Shown here: positions 34,806 through 43,419 of the stretch, in pieces
How the letters are laid out: each line of letters starts with the position of its first letter
Position numbering within the stretch: position 1 is the stretch's first letter
Assembly: GCA_050014355.1 (NCBI GenBank)
Contig: JBEKDL010000006.1
Span: 1,543 to 65,542, forward strand
Source: Dehalococcoidales bacterium
GTDB taxonomy: Bacteria; Chloroflexota; Dehalococcoidia; Dehalococcoidales; RBG-16-60-22
DNA length: 64,000 nucleotides
Reading direction: 5' to 3'
Translations under genes and position numbers: made by a program
Notes under the pieces: generated by a model
Database searches by the model: none
The model's input: the letters and a program-made list of their open reading frames with translations, nothing else
What the model was told of the DNA's origin: nothing

Positions 34806-36296
34806 ATGAGGCTGCCAAAAATCCTTATCAAAATCAGAACTAAGGAAGTTCTGGTTTTCTCTCTCATCATTTTACTCGCCATTGGTATTAGAGTCGGAAT
34901 TACCTATAATACCCTCGGCGTCCCCGAGTATTCCGGAATGGCGGTTGATATAGGCGAGGCTGCCAGGAACCTGGCAGAGGGTAGAGGTTACGTTGTTGAC
35001 TCCGCTTATATGGGCGCAATCAGCAGGTTACAGGCGGAAAAGAACATGCTGGTCGACCTTCAGGACGTGCCACCTCCGGTTGTTGAGGTTTTTTCACCCT
35101 ATTATGCGCTTCCGCCAGGACCCAGCGCTTTACTGGCTTTAACTTACAAAGTATTCGGGGAATACAGGTATATCTACTTCCGATTACTAGAAGCTATTAT
35201 TTCCTCATTTGGTTGCCTATTCATATTCCTGTTAGGCAAGGAACTATTTAATCGTAACATCGGGTTATTCGCTGCCTTGGTATATGCTGTTTACCTGCCT
35301 TTGGCCTATATTTCTACCTGGGCCCTCCATGACGCCCTGATACCATTTATAACGCTACTAGCAGTATACCTCTTCATCCTTGGGGCAAAAAGAAAAGCCT
35401 TAAAGTTCTACATCCTGGCCGGACTTACTACTGGCATTGGATGCTATTTCCAGCCAACTGTTGTGCTCCTGCCGCTCAGCTTTGGCCTGGGCCTTTTTAT
35501 ATATCGCCTGGGCGAGTCAAATCTCAGAAAGAATATCACCCATGTGATCATGACGAGCGCTGTCATGATGGTGGTGGTGGTACTGGTTGTATCCCCCTGG
35601 GTGGCGAGAAATTACCACATTACCGGCAAGATTATGCTGATGCGTCCCAGTACGTGGCAGGCTGTCTGGGAAGGCTTCGGTGAGTTTGAAAATCCCGTAG
35701 GGGCGGTGCTTAATGATGAAGTAACCTACGAGCAGGTAAAAGATGAGCTGGGCTATAATATCCCCTACGGTACGCCGGAATATGACGCGGTTCTACGAGG
35801 AAAATCGATAAAGGCTATCGAGGAACACCCTTTTTGGTGGCTAAGTATTCTGGCCCGCAGAGCGCCGCATACTATAGTCTACGGGAGTGAATTGGGGATA
35901 GCCCATTACCCGCGTGATACTCATGGAAATATCCTCTGGGGTGAAACACAGGCTCAGGCTGATAGCCATTCGCGTTTCATCATTGCGATAAAAAGCGCTA
36001 ATTTCGGGGAAGCATGGGAAATATTAAGAACACACCCTTACGCTATTTTCTCATCGGGGATGACCCTGTTGTTCGCTTTTTTGCCGTTATTGCTCAGTAT
36101 CATCGGCATATGGCTGATGAGGCGGGAATGGAGAGCTATCGTCCTGGTAGCAACAGTGCTGTTTTATTTCTCGGTAGTAAATATTCTTTTCTTCGTTAAC
36201 TGGAAGACCTTGGTGCCGGGCGCATTGGCCTATGTCCTTTTCAGCGCTATCACGCTACATTACGTCGTGTTAAGGTTGAAAATTGTTCACGAATAG
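34806..36296 (+). CDS. polytopic GT39/ArnT-like glycosyltransferase
   Basis: About 496 aa with more than 10 TM helices. A large membrane GT-C-like protein in context with the GT2 and the flippase-like gene. Confidence 0.7.
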   Translation: MRLPKILIKIRTKEVLVFSLIILLAIGIRVGITYNTLGVPEYSGMAVDIGEAARNLAEGRGYVVDSAYMGAISRLQAEKNMLVDLQDVPPPVVEVFSPYYALPPGPSALLALTYKVFGEYRYIYFRLLEAIISSFGCLFIFLLGKELFNRNIGLFAALVYAVYLPLAYISTWALHDALIPFITLLAVYLFILGAKRKALKFYILAGLTTGIGCYFQPTVVLLPLSFGLGLFIYRLGESNLRKNITHVIMTSAVMMVVVVLVVSPWVARNYHITGKIMLMRPSTWQAVWEGFGEFENPVGAVLNDEVTYEQVKDELGYNIPYGTPEYDAVLRGKSIKAIEEHPFWWLSILARRAPHTIVYGSELGIAHYPRDTHGNILWGETQAQADSHSRFIIAIKSANFGEAWEILRTHPYAIFSSGMTLLFAFLPLLLSIIGIWLMRREWRAIVLVATVLFYFSVVNILFFVNWKTLVPGALAYVLFSAITLHYVVLRLKIVHE

Positions 36297-36608
36297 CTAA
36301 CGGACTGAGTAATAGCTGGCAGCAACTGGTAACTTTTGACGCACAAATTAAGAATTTCGTGGGTGGTGGGATGACACATTTTCGAAGCTAAAAACACTCC
36401 ATAGCACATAGTCTTACAGACTTTTAATCAGATCAGCTTGGTGCAAAGGCAAATACTGCCTGAAAAACCAAACCTTTGGTTCTATCTGTGGAACCCATCG
36501 GCTCATTACACAGGGGCCGAACTTGCTTAACCATGACCGCAGCTATCCAGTGGAAGGAATCCAGCTAATAAATAGCTAACGGGCGGAATGCGACTAGATA
36601 TTACAGGA

Positions 36609-36744
36609 TGGCATTGCACGAACAAATAAGGTTTTTGGCCTACGACGTAAGGGGTCTAGTTGGAACGGGACAACATCATGTGGTACAATGGCGAACAGTT
36701 TCGTAAACCGCTTGTCGTAGGTTCGATTCCTATCGCTGGCTCCA
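36609..36744 (+). repeat. att-like direct repeat copy 2 (extended ~136 nt; 50-nt tRNA-type core at 36695-36744)
   Basis: Core identical to copy 1. The upstream ~86 nt are homologous, with substitutions and a 6-nt indel, to 38489-38567. Confidence 0.7.
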
Positions 36745-36870
36745 TTTTTTAGGGGTCACCGGTCGCTATTGTCCCAGTAATTTAAAGACTTTTAAGAGAA
36801 ATGTTGGCTTTAGCAATCAACTTGTATTACGAAAAGTAATTGAGTGGCTATAAAGTGCTTTATTATCATT

Positions 36871-38082
36871 CTAATCAGTGTCCAGAGCTTCCGTGATGTA
36901 AAAAGAGTTTGCACTTAAACCGGTACAGGAGGGATCGGTGGTGCTGGTCACTCTAATTTGGTAATTGTCTCCTAACATCTGATAAGGGGATATTGTCCAT
37001 AAATAGAAGCCAGTGCCACCCGAACCTATCGATATCATTGAAGCAATAGGGCGTTGAAAAACGCCGTCCTTGTAAAGATCAATTTTAACGTATGGGCCAG
37101 GATTACTGTTATACATCCAGGTGATAGCGTATTGACTCTCTCTTGCCCAGCCCTCACCACTGGGCGAAGTGACGATGATAGGTGGCCCTTTGATTCTGAA
37201 ATTGCCTTCACTGGTAGCGGTACAGGTGGTATTGCTGGTACTGGTTATTTTGATCTGGTATTTGTCTCCTGGAATCTGAGTAGATGGTATTGTCCATACA
37301 TAGCAACGGCCGCTACCATCTGAACCTGCCGGTGTCTGTGTAGTGATAGTCTGGTAATAAGCTCCGCCTTTAAGGAGCTCAATTTTAACATACGGACCTG
37401 GGTTGCCACTACATGCCCAGTCAATTTCCTGCCATTGTCCTGCCGTATAACTTTCACCATCTTTGGGTGAACTAACGGTAATAGGGGCTTTCAGGATACT
37501 AAAAGTGTTTTTACTTGAACCGGTAAAGGCGGAATCTGTGGTGCTGGTAACTCTAATCTGGAAATTGTTTCCGGAAATTTCAGAGGAGGGTATTGTCCAA
37601 TTATAGAGACCACTGCCGCCTGTGCCTGTGGGTGCCTTTTGGGTGATAGTCTGGTAAAAAGCCCCGTCCTTAAGAAGTTCAATTTTAACATAGGTTCCCG
37701 GGTTGCCAGTATATGTCCATTTGATAGCCTGCTGACTCCCCGCTGTCCAGGTTTCTCCACCGGAGGGAGAAGCAACAATGAAAGTGGATTCCGGGCTGTT
37801 GAAAGGATAGAGGTTACCATCAGGAAAACTCCCGATCCCGTTACCTGTGCCATAAAACCTGTAAAACCATGAAAGTACGTCAGGGCTTAAAGCGAGGCCG
37901 TTGTCCCGTGAGGCGGCATACATGGTGTTGTTATCGCTGGTGATGGAAGTAGACTGAATTTGTGTGCTGGGAGAGCTGGCTGCCTGCGTTTTTGCGGGCA
38001 TTGTCAATGGGAGCGCGACAATTAAAAATAATAAAAATCCCAGAACCGCCAATCGGGAAAGTAATTTCAACATCTCAGCCAT
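36871..38082 (-). CDS. secreted protein with three tandem Ig-like repeats (Kre9/KNH-type, tentative)
   Basis: Signal/anchor LLSRLAVLGFLLFLIVALPLTMPAKTQA. Three ~95-aa repeats with GNPGxYVKIELLKxG...YxWTIP...YQIRVTSTT. Confidence 0.75.
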   Translation of the reverse strand: MAEMLKLLSRLAVLGFLLFLIVALPLTMPAKTQAASSPSTQIQSTSITSDNNTMYAASRDNGLALSPDVLSWFYRFYGTGNGIGSFPDGNLYPFNSPESTFIVASPSGGETWTAGSQQAIKWTYTGNPGTYVKIELLKDGAFYQTITQKAPTGTGGSGLYNWTIPSSEISGNNFQIRVTSTTDSAFTGSSKNTFSILKAPITVSSPKDGESYTAGQWQEIDWACSGNPGPYVKIELLKGGAYYQTITTQTPAGSDGSGRCYVWTIPSTQIPGDKYQIKITSTSNTTCTATSEGNFRIKGPPIIVTSPSGEGWARESQYAITWMYNSNPGPYVKIDLYKDGVFQRPIASMISIGSGGTGFYLWTISPYQMLGDNYQIRVTSTTDPSCTGLSANSFYITEALDTD

Positions 38083-38488
38083 CCCTTCATCCGTATTATC
38101 AATTTTTTTATTTTCGGTTTAAATGTCTTCTCCTAACCGCATATTAAAGATATAATTTACTGTGGCAGATAAAACCGGCTCATAAAATAGAGAAATCCCC
38201 AATTCTGATTATTATAATTATTAGACTATTTATAGTTATATTACTGTATTATTTCAGTTAGATTTTGGAGAGAAATTAACTCAGTTCGGCTCTTATTTTC
38301 AAAATTGTTACATTATTTGATCCATCTATTTTAGCTACGTGTTTATTAAATTCATAATAAGAGGTTCCTATGGTGTTCTTATAATCTGCTCCCCGAAAAC
38401 CAGCGCATACATTGACCTGACTCGCTAGGCGGAACTGAAGGTTGCCTTGAAAGAACAGACATGAGATTATATCTACGGAACCCATAGG

Positions 38489-38617
38489 GCATCTCACGAA
38501 CAAATGAGATTTTTGACCGGAGACGCGAGGGGTCTAATTGGAACGGGACAACATCATGTGGTACAAACAGATTCGTAAGCCGCTTGTTGTAGGTTCGATT
38601 CCTATCGCTGGCTCCAG
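38489..38617 (+). repeat. att-like direct repeat copy 3 (diverged; core 38568-38617)
   Basis: The core differs from copies 1 and 2 at 3 of 50 positions (tRNA positions 31, 39, 48). It ends 3 nt before the MFS stop codon. Confidence 0.65.
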
Positions 38618-38620
38618 TTT

Positions 38621-39895
38621 TCAAAGCCGGAATTCAGCCTGCTGGTGCGCTTTTTTATATTCTTCCAGGTTCAGGTGCCAGATATCCGGCGCAAAAATCC
38701 TTATCGCCAGTACCAGCGCAACACAGGAAGCGCCCATTATCGTCACCGCCATCGGGCCCCCCAGATAGTTCCCCAGAGCGCCCGCCAGCAGGCTTCCCAG
38801 GGGCATAAGAGCCCGGTTCAGCAGGTAGATACCTAGGATCCTTCCCCTTAAACGCGCGGGCGCCAGCGTCTGGATGATGGTCTGGTCCTGGGTAGTGTAG
38901 CTGCTGTTGCTCACCCCGATTATCAGGATAAATATCGTCGCTAGCCACAACATATGCGAATGCCCGAATAATATCAGTGAGACTCCGAAGCCGGCCGCCC
39001 CCACTATCATCAATTTTCCGCTGCCCTGGAGCCGCCCTATCGAAGCTATCGTCAATGCCCCGAGCACAGCGCCGACGCCTACCATCGCCATGAGTAAGCC
39101 CTGCGTGGCGGAACCGCCTTTAAAAACTTGAGTCGCGAAACCCGGCATGAGAGTGATGAAAGGCATGCCCAGCACCATCGGTGCCAGGCCCAGCACCATC
39201 AACGCCAGGATGAGTTTATTAGACATTACATAGGCGAAGCCTTCGCGGGTACTGGATAAAAACGATTGCTCTTCGGCCGCAAACGAGGCGGCGGCCTGCT
39301 TGGTCTCGGGCACCTTTATCTGTACCGTCCAGACTGTTGCGATAATGTACATGAAGGCCTGGACATAATAGGAAAAGTCAGCGCCCATAATGTTAAGGAG
39401 TCCGCTTACCGCCGGACCGATGCTACGGCTTAAGTTAAGCGCCGCGGAGTTCAGAGAAATGGCGTTGAGGAGGTATTTTTCCCCCACGAGGTCGTTAATC
39501 AGCACCTGGCGGGCCGGCTGCTGAAACGCCTGCACCGTACCGGCGAGGAAACCGGTGACATAGACGTGCCACGGCTGGACTTGATGGGTGAGGACGAGGG
39601 TGGCCAAGGCCACGTTCAATATCGCGTTGACCACCTGGGCGATAATAAGCTGGGCCTTGCGCCCGTAGCGGTCCGCAACCACGCCGGCTATTGAGCCGAA
39701 AAGGAGCAAAGGTATTCCCCGTACCGCACTGACGAAACCCAGCTGCAAGTATGACCCGGTAAGGGTAAAGATGAGCCAGGTACGCGTGACCTGGTCCATC
39801 CATAGCCCCATCGAGGTGGTTAGCTGTCCTGCCCAGAGCAGGCGGTAATCTCTAAGGCGGAGAGATTCAAAGGTGCGTAAGTTCCGGATACGCAT
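38621..39895 (-). CDS. MFS transporter
   Basis: 424 aa, about 12 TM helices. N-terminus FRLLWAGQLTTSMGLWM and VADRYGRK loop typical of MFS_1/EntS-like exporters. Confidence 0.85.
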   Translation of the reverse strand: MRIRNLRTFESLRLRDYRLLWAGQLTTSMGLWMDQVTRTWLIFTLTGSYLQLGFVSAVRGIPLLLFGSIAGVVADRYGRKAQLIIAQVVNAILNVALATLVLTHQVQPWHVYVTGFLAGTVQAFQQPARQVLINDLVGEKYLLNAISLNSAALNLSRSIGPAVSGLLNIMGADFSYYVQAFMYIIATVWTVQIKVPETKQAAASFAAEEQSFLSSTREGFAYVMSNKLILALMVLGLAPMVLGMPFITLMPGFATQVFKGGSATQGLLMAMVGVGAVLGALTIASIGRLQGSGKLMIVGAAGFGVSLILFGHSHMLWLATIFILIIGVSNSSYTTQDQTIIQTLAPARLRGRILGIYLLNRALMPLGSLLAGALGNYLGGPMAVTIMGASCVALVLAIRIFAPDIWHLNLEEYKKAHQQAEFRL

Positions 39896-40070
39896 TAGAT
39901 GTTTCTGGTTTTCACTCTTTCCTTGAAAATGCTCACACGGAGAAAGCCGTTTTATCGGCCAAAGGACTATTTTATCTTAGATTTGTTGGACCTGTCAAAC
40001 GAAAGCGTATTGAGAAAAAGAGACGCCCCCGTGAAATGCCGGGGGCGACGTTAGTGTTCCGATTTGTGCT

Positions 40071-40873
40071 CTATTTGTCTGATTTGAAGTTGTCCGGCCG
40101 GCCTCTTACCTTGCCCCAGTCGGGTGTTCTTTTATCGAGGAAAGCCTGCATGGACTCCCGCATTTCCGGCCCGCCAAAATAGGTGGGATTAATCAGGGTG
40201 GGGAAGTAGTCTATCGTGTGGTGGGGCATCATTTCCAGCTCTTCATCTTTTCGACTTCTTCATCAACTTTGTCCAACGGCACTACCGCGTTGACCAGGCC
40301 CCAGGCGAGCGCCTGCTGGGCGGTATAGCGCCGACAGAGCATCCACATTTCCCTGGCCCTCTTCTGGCCGATAATCCGGGACAGGTAAGCTACATCCGTG
40401 CCGCTGGCCGGGCTGCCCACCCGCGGGCCCACCTGGCCGAAGATGGCATTGTCCGCGGCGATGGTTAAATCGCAGTGATAAGCGTAATGGTGCCCGGCGC
40501 CGATGGCGTATCCTTTCACCACCGCGATGATGGGTTTCAGGGCCAGTCTCATGTTGAGATGGACATCCGTCATCTGGGTAAAAGAGTTGGGCTTTTTCTC
40601 GGCGCCTTCCTCGCGCAGGTCGCCGCCGGCGCAGAAAGATTTATCACCGGCGCCCGTGAGAATAATGCAACCGATGCTATCATCGAGCCGCGATTCCCTG
40701 AAGCAGGCGCACATTTCGCTCATCCCGCGGGGGCTGATGAAATTAAGCCCCTTGGGATTGGTGTTGGCCATGGTTATCCGGGAAACGCCGCCCATTTTAT
40801 AGTACTTTTTCTCGTAAATGGTCTGGTCAGTGCAATATCCGTCTACTTTGGTCCACTCTTTGTTCCAAGCCAT
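40071..40873 (-). pseudogene. enoyl-CoA hydratase/isomerase family (MenB-like), interrupted by a frameshift
   Basis: The 214-aa ORF (40229-40873) has ILTGAGDKSFCAGGD and stops at ...EKMKSWK*. The adjacent frame (40071-40232) encodes the missing C-terminus ...PEMRESMQAFLDKRTPDW. Confidence 0.7.
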
Positions 40874-40942
40874 CGTTTATAATCCTCCTGTTTAGTTTGG
40901 TTTTACTGATATTTAGTTGTTTTAACCTGCGCGAATGGCGCT

Positions 40943-41734
40943 TTACCCGACTACGCTGTAGCCGCCGCTGACGCTCAAAATCTGGCCGGTGATAAAACTG
41001 GCGGCGCTCGAAGCGAGGAAAGCCACCGCGTTGCCAATGTCCTGCGGCGTGCCGACTCGGCCGAGGGGATACATTCGCATAAGTTCTTTTTGTGCCTCCG
41101 GCGTGGAGGCCGGGCCCTGTACACCATAGTGCATGCTCATCTCCCCGATGTCTTCCGGTTTGGGGGGAGTGGCGCCGGGACTGACAACGTTCACTCTGAT
41201 ACCGAAACGGCCGTTCTCGCGGGCCAGGGTCTTGCTTAATGAGTTAATGGCACCCTTGCACCCGGAGTAGACCGATTCCCTCGGGCCGCCGACGCGCGAG
41301 GAATCCGAGCTGATGCTAACGATAGCCCCGGATTTCTGGTTAATCATGGGGCGCAGTACCGCCTTACAACAGTTCATCATGCCGACGTAATTTATTTTGA
41401 TAATTTTATCCCAGAGCTCGGGCGTGGTATCGACAAAGAAGGCGAAGGCGTCCCACCCGGCGTTGTTGACCAGGATGTCCACTTTCTGGTACTGGTCGAT
41501 TATTTTTTTCACCATAGCTTCCACTTCGTCCAGTTTGGTGATATCAACTTTCATCGGTATCGCTTTGCCCCCGGCCACTTTAATATCCCCGGCGGTCTTA
41601 ATGGCCTGCTTCTCGTCAAGGTCGGCAATGATGACGATAGCGCCCTCGGCAGCCAGAGTGATAGAAATGCCCCGACCGATATTGGAGGCGCCCCCGGTGA
41701 CTATCGCCGTTTTGCCCTTGAGACCTAAGTCCAT
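40943..41734 (-). CDS. SDR family oxidoreductase
   Basis: TGGASNIGRG, NNAG, YSGCK catalytic motif. Confidence 0.9.
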   Translation of the reverse strand: MDLGLKGKTAIVTGGASNIGRGISITLAAEGAIVIIADLDEKQAIKTAGDIKVAGGKAIPMKVDITKLDEVEAMVKKIIDQYQKVDILVNNAGWDAFAFFVDTTPELWDKIIKINYVGMMNCCKAVLRPMINQKSGAIVSISSDSSRVGGPRESVYSGCKGAINSLSKTLARENGRFGIRVNVVSPGATPPKPEDIGEMSMHYGVQGPASTPEAQKELMRMYPLGRVGTPQDIGNAVAFLASSAASFITGQILSVSGGYSVVG

Positions 41735-41910
41735 AGGTTTCCTCCTTCTATTTAGAACATCACTTTTTTACCCATAAAATCATACCTTAACCGCTATCAT
41801 CTTGTCAATTTGAGCAAGTATAACCTATAATGTAACAAACATGGGTCGGAAAGCCTGGGATTATGTTGCCAGGGAGTCAGGTTTGATATACAGGAAAGGA
41901 GTGTGTCGCT

Positions 41911-42960
41911 ATGGAACTGGCCAGCATTAACATAGTTGTCCGGGATGCCGATGCGGCTTTAGCCACCTATTTAAAGCTAATCGGGACCAATAACGTATCT
42001 GAATTAATCAAGCTCACGGGGTTAAAAGACGATACTGAAACGGTGGACGGCTACTGGCTGAAGACCCGCCCGCTCAACCTGGCGATATTGACGCCCCGCG
42101 GCGATAAGGGCAGAATGGGACAGTTCCACCAGAAATACGGGCAGGGTATCCACCATATGCAACTGCACCTGGGCCAGGATGAGTTCGAGCAGACCTACGA
42201 GCGTTTCAACAGCCTGGGCTGGCCGGTCTCGAGGCCCAGTTACTTCGGTAAGTTTTCCGAGGCCGTCTTCTGGCTGGAGGAAAGCGGGCCACAGGGCGTG
42301 CCGGTCAAATTCGCCACCAAGGCCTACCACACTTTAAAGATGTGGCCGGAAGTGGTCTATAATGATACCCCGCAGCGATTCGAAGTGGTCGAGATAAAAG
42401 AAAAAATCATCCGGCCGCGGGTGGACTTGAAGACCCCGGTGGTATCGGTGCGGGATTTTGAAAAACAGACACAAATCTGGGCCACGCTGCTGTCGCGCCC
42501 GGCGCGCATGCGGGAGGGTGGGGAGAGGCCTCCCGTTGACGATAGGAGGGGCAACCAGTTTATTGCCCAGATGTTCCAGTTCGCTAATACCAGTAAAATC
42601 AGCGTTTACCACGCGCTGAACCCGGAGGGCTCTATCCGCCGGACGCTTTCACGCTATGGCCGGGACTCGATGTATTATGACATGATATTCCACGTCCAGC
42701 GCGATGCCACCCACGAGCTGTGGCGGCAGTGGGAAAAAGCCGGCTTTTTCATGGTCGACCCGAAGCCCTTGCTCAACACGGGACAGGGCAACGGGAACTA
42801 TTTCTTCTTCATCCACCCGCTAAGCACCCACGGGGTGGTCTGCGAGTTCGTTTCGCAGTGGAATTTCCCCGAAAATGAAGAGGGCGATGCTTACATGGTC
42901 TTCGACTGGAGCGATTCCAGGGTATTTATGGTGAACCCGGACGTCAATGCAAAACATTGA
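41911..42960 (+). CDS. VOC (glyoxalase/dioxygenase-fold) family protein, two-domain
   Basis: 349 aa. INIVVRDADAA...GIHHMQLHL and a second half ending HGVVCEF resemble paired VOC modules (moderate confidence). Confidence 0.5.
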   Translation: MELASINIVVRDADAALATYLKLIGTNNVSELIKLTGLKDDTETVDGYWLKTRPLNLAILTPRGDKGRMGQFHQKYGQGIHHMQLHLGQDEFEQTYERFNSLGWPVSRPSYFGKFSEAVFWLEESGPQGVPVKFATKAYHTLKMWPEVVYNDTPQRFEVVEIKEKIIRPRVDLKTPVVSVRDFEKQTQIWATLLSRPARMREGGERPPVDDRRGNQFIAQMFQFANTSKISVYHALNPEGSIRRTLSRYGRDSMYYDMIFHVQRDATHELWRQWEKAGFFMVDPKPLLNTGQGNGNYFFFIHPLSTHGVVCEFVSQWNFPENEEGDAYMVFDWSDSRVFMVNPDVNAKH

Positions 42961-43037
42961 AAACTTTAAAGAAATGATTAACCGGATAAATACAAAACGG
43001 CCCATCCTGACGAACAGATGCCGGAAAGAGGTAGGCG

Positions 43038-43379
43038 ATGGTAAAGTTTGCCAGAGTTAGAATGATATTGGGCAAAGATGTAAAAAAGGGAGACCAGGAG
43101 TCTTTGCAGACGCTGTTTCACTCCATGGAAAGGTACCGGCCTATCACGCTGCTGACGAGCGCCGCGGAAGATGCCAACCTTAGAGTCGTCCTGCAGGGAC
43201 TTGGCGCCACCGAACTGAAGTTGGGTGATGATATGCGAAAAGGACAGGTCAAGACCATTATGACGCTGTTCTGGTACGCGGAAAGAGCCAAACCGATTGA
43301 AATGAAACATAAGGCTAGAGCAGGGAAAATTATCCCCATTGACATGACGCTGGCTCCTGCCGCAAAGCCTGCCGCTTAA
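43038..43379 (+). CDS. hypothetical protein
   Basis: 113-aa ORF with no motifs. Confidence 0.4.
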   Translation: MVKFARVRMILGKDVKKGDQESLQTLFHSMERYRPITLLTSAAEDANLRVVLQGLGATELKLGDDMRKGQVKTIMTLFWYAERAKPIEMKHKARAGKIIPIDMTLAPAAKPAA

Positions 43380-43419
43380 GAACGCGCGCCAAGACCGCTG
43401 CGCTGCAGCTAAAAAATTT

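Larger units (their letters stand above)
28917..36744 (+). mobile_element. genomic island A (glycan modification), decayed
   Basis: Bounded by perfect 50-nt direct repeats. Serine-recombinase remnant near the left end. Composition differs from the core. Confidence 0.5.
36745..38617 (+). mobile_element. islet B between att-like copies 2 and 3
   Basis: 1.9 kb bounded by the repeat copies. Carries a single secreted-protein gene and an AT-rich spacer. Confidence 0.35.

Noticed and set aside
36513-36744. GGGGCCG at 36513 could pair with TGGCTCC near the 3' end, suggesting a 232-nt mini-tmRNA with a TAATAA double stop at about 36566.
   Set aside because: This requires a non-standard 3-nt bulge after the T stem. 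The candidate tag peptides (e.g. ...AAIQWKESS) do not resemble degradation tags. The conserved tmRNA 5' tRNA-like sequence is absent.
28848-38617. Interpretation of the repeated T-arm/acceptor fragments as the 3' end of tmRNA (ssrA), a classic island target.
   Set aside because: With standard geometry (5-bp T stem, 7-nt acceptor strand) the acceptor 3' strand is CGCTGGC-U-CCA. That gives C3:G70 rather than the G3:U70 required for tmRNA alanylation. No GGGG...GGATTCGAC-type 5' domain or tag ORF ending in a hydrophobic -AA is nearby. The 50-mer fits tRNA positions 27-76 exactly.
38276-38624. 75-aa and 81-aa minus-strand ORFs between the surface-protein gene and the MFS gene.
   Set aside because: They overlap the tRNA-type repeat copy 3 and an AT-rich spacer. 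The 81-aa peptide (…GASDRNRTYN…) is the typical reverse translation of a T-arm.
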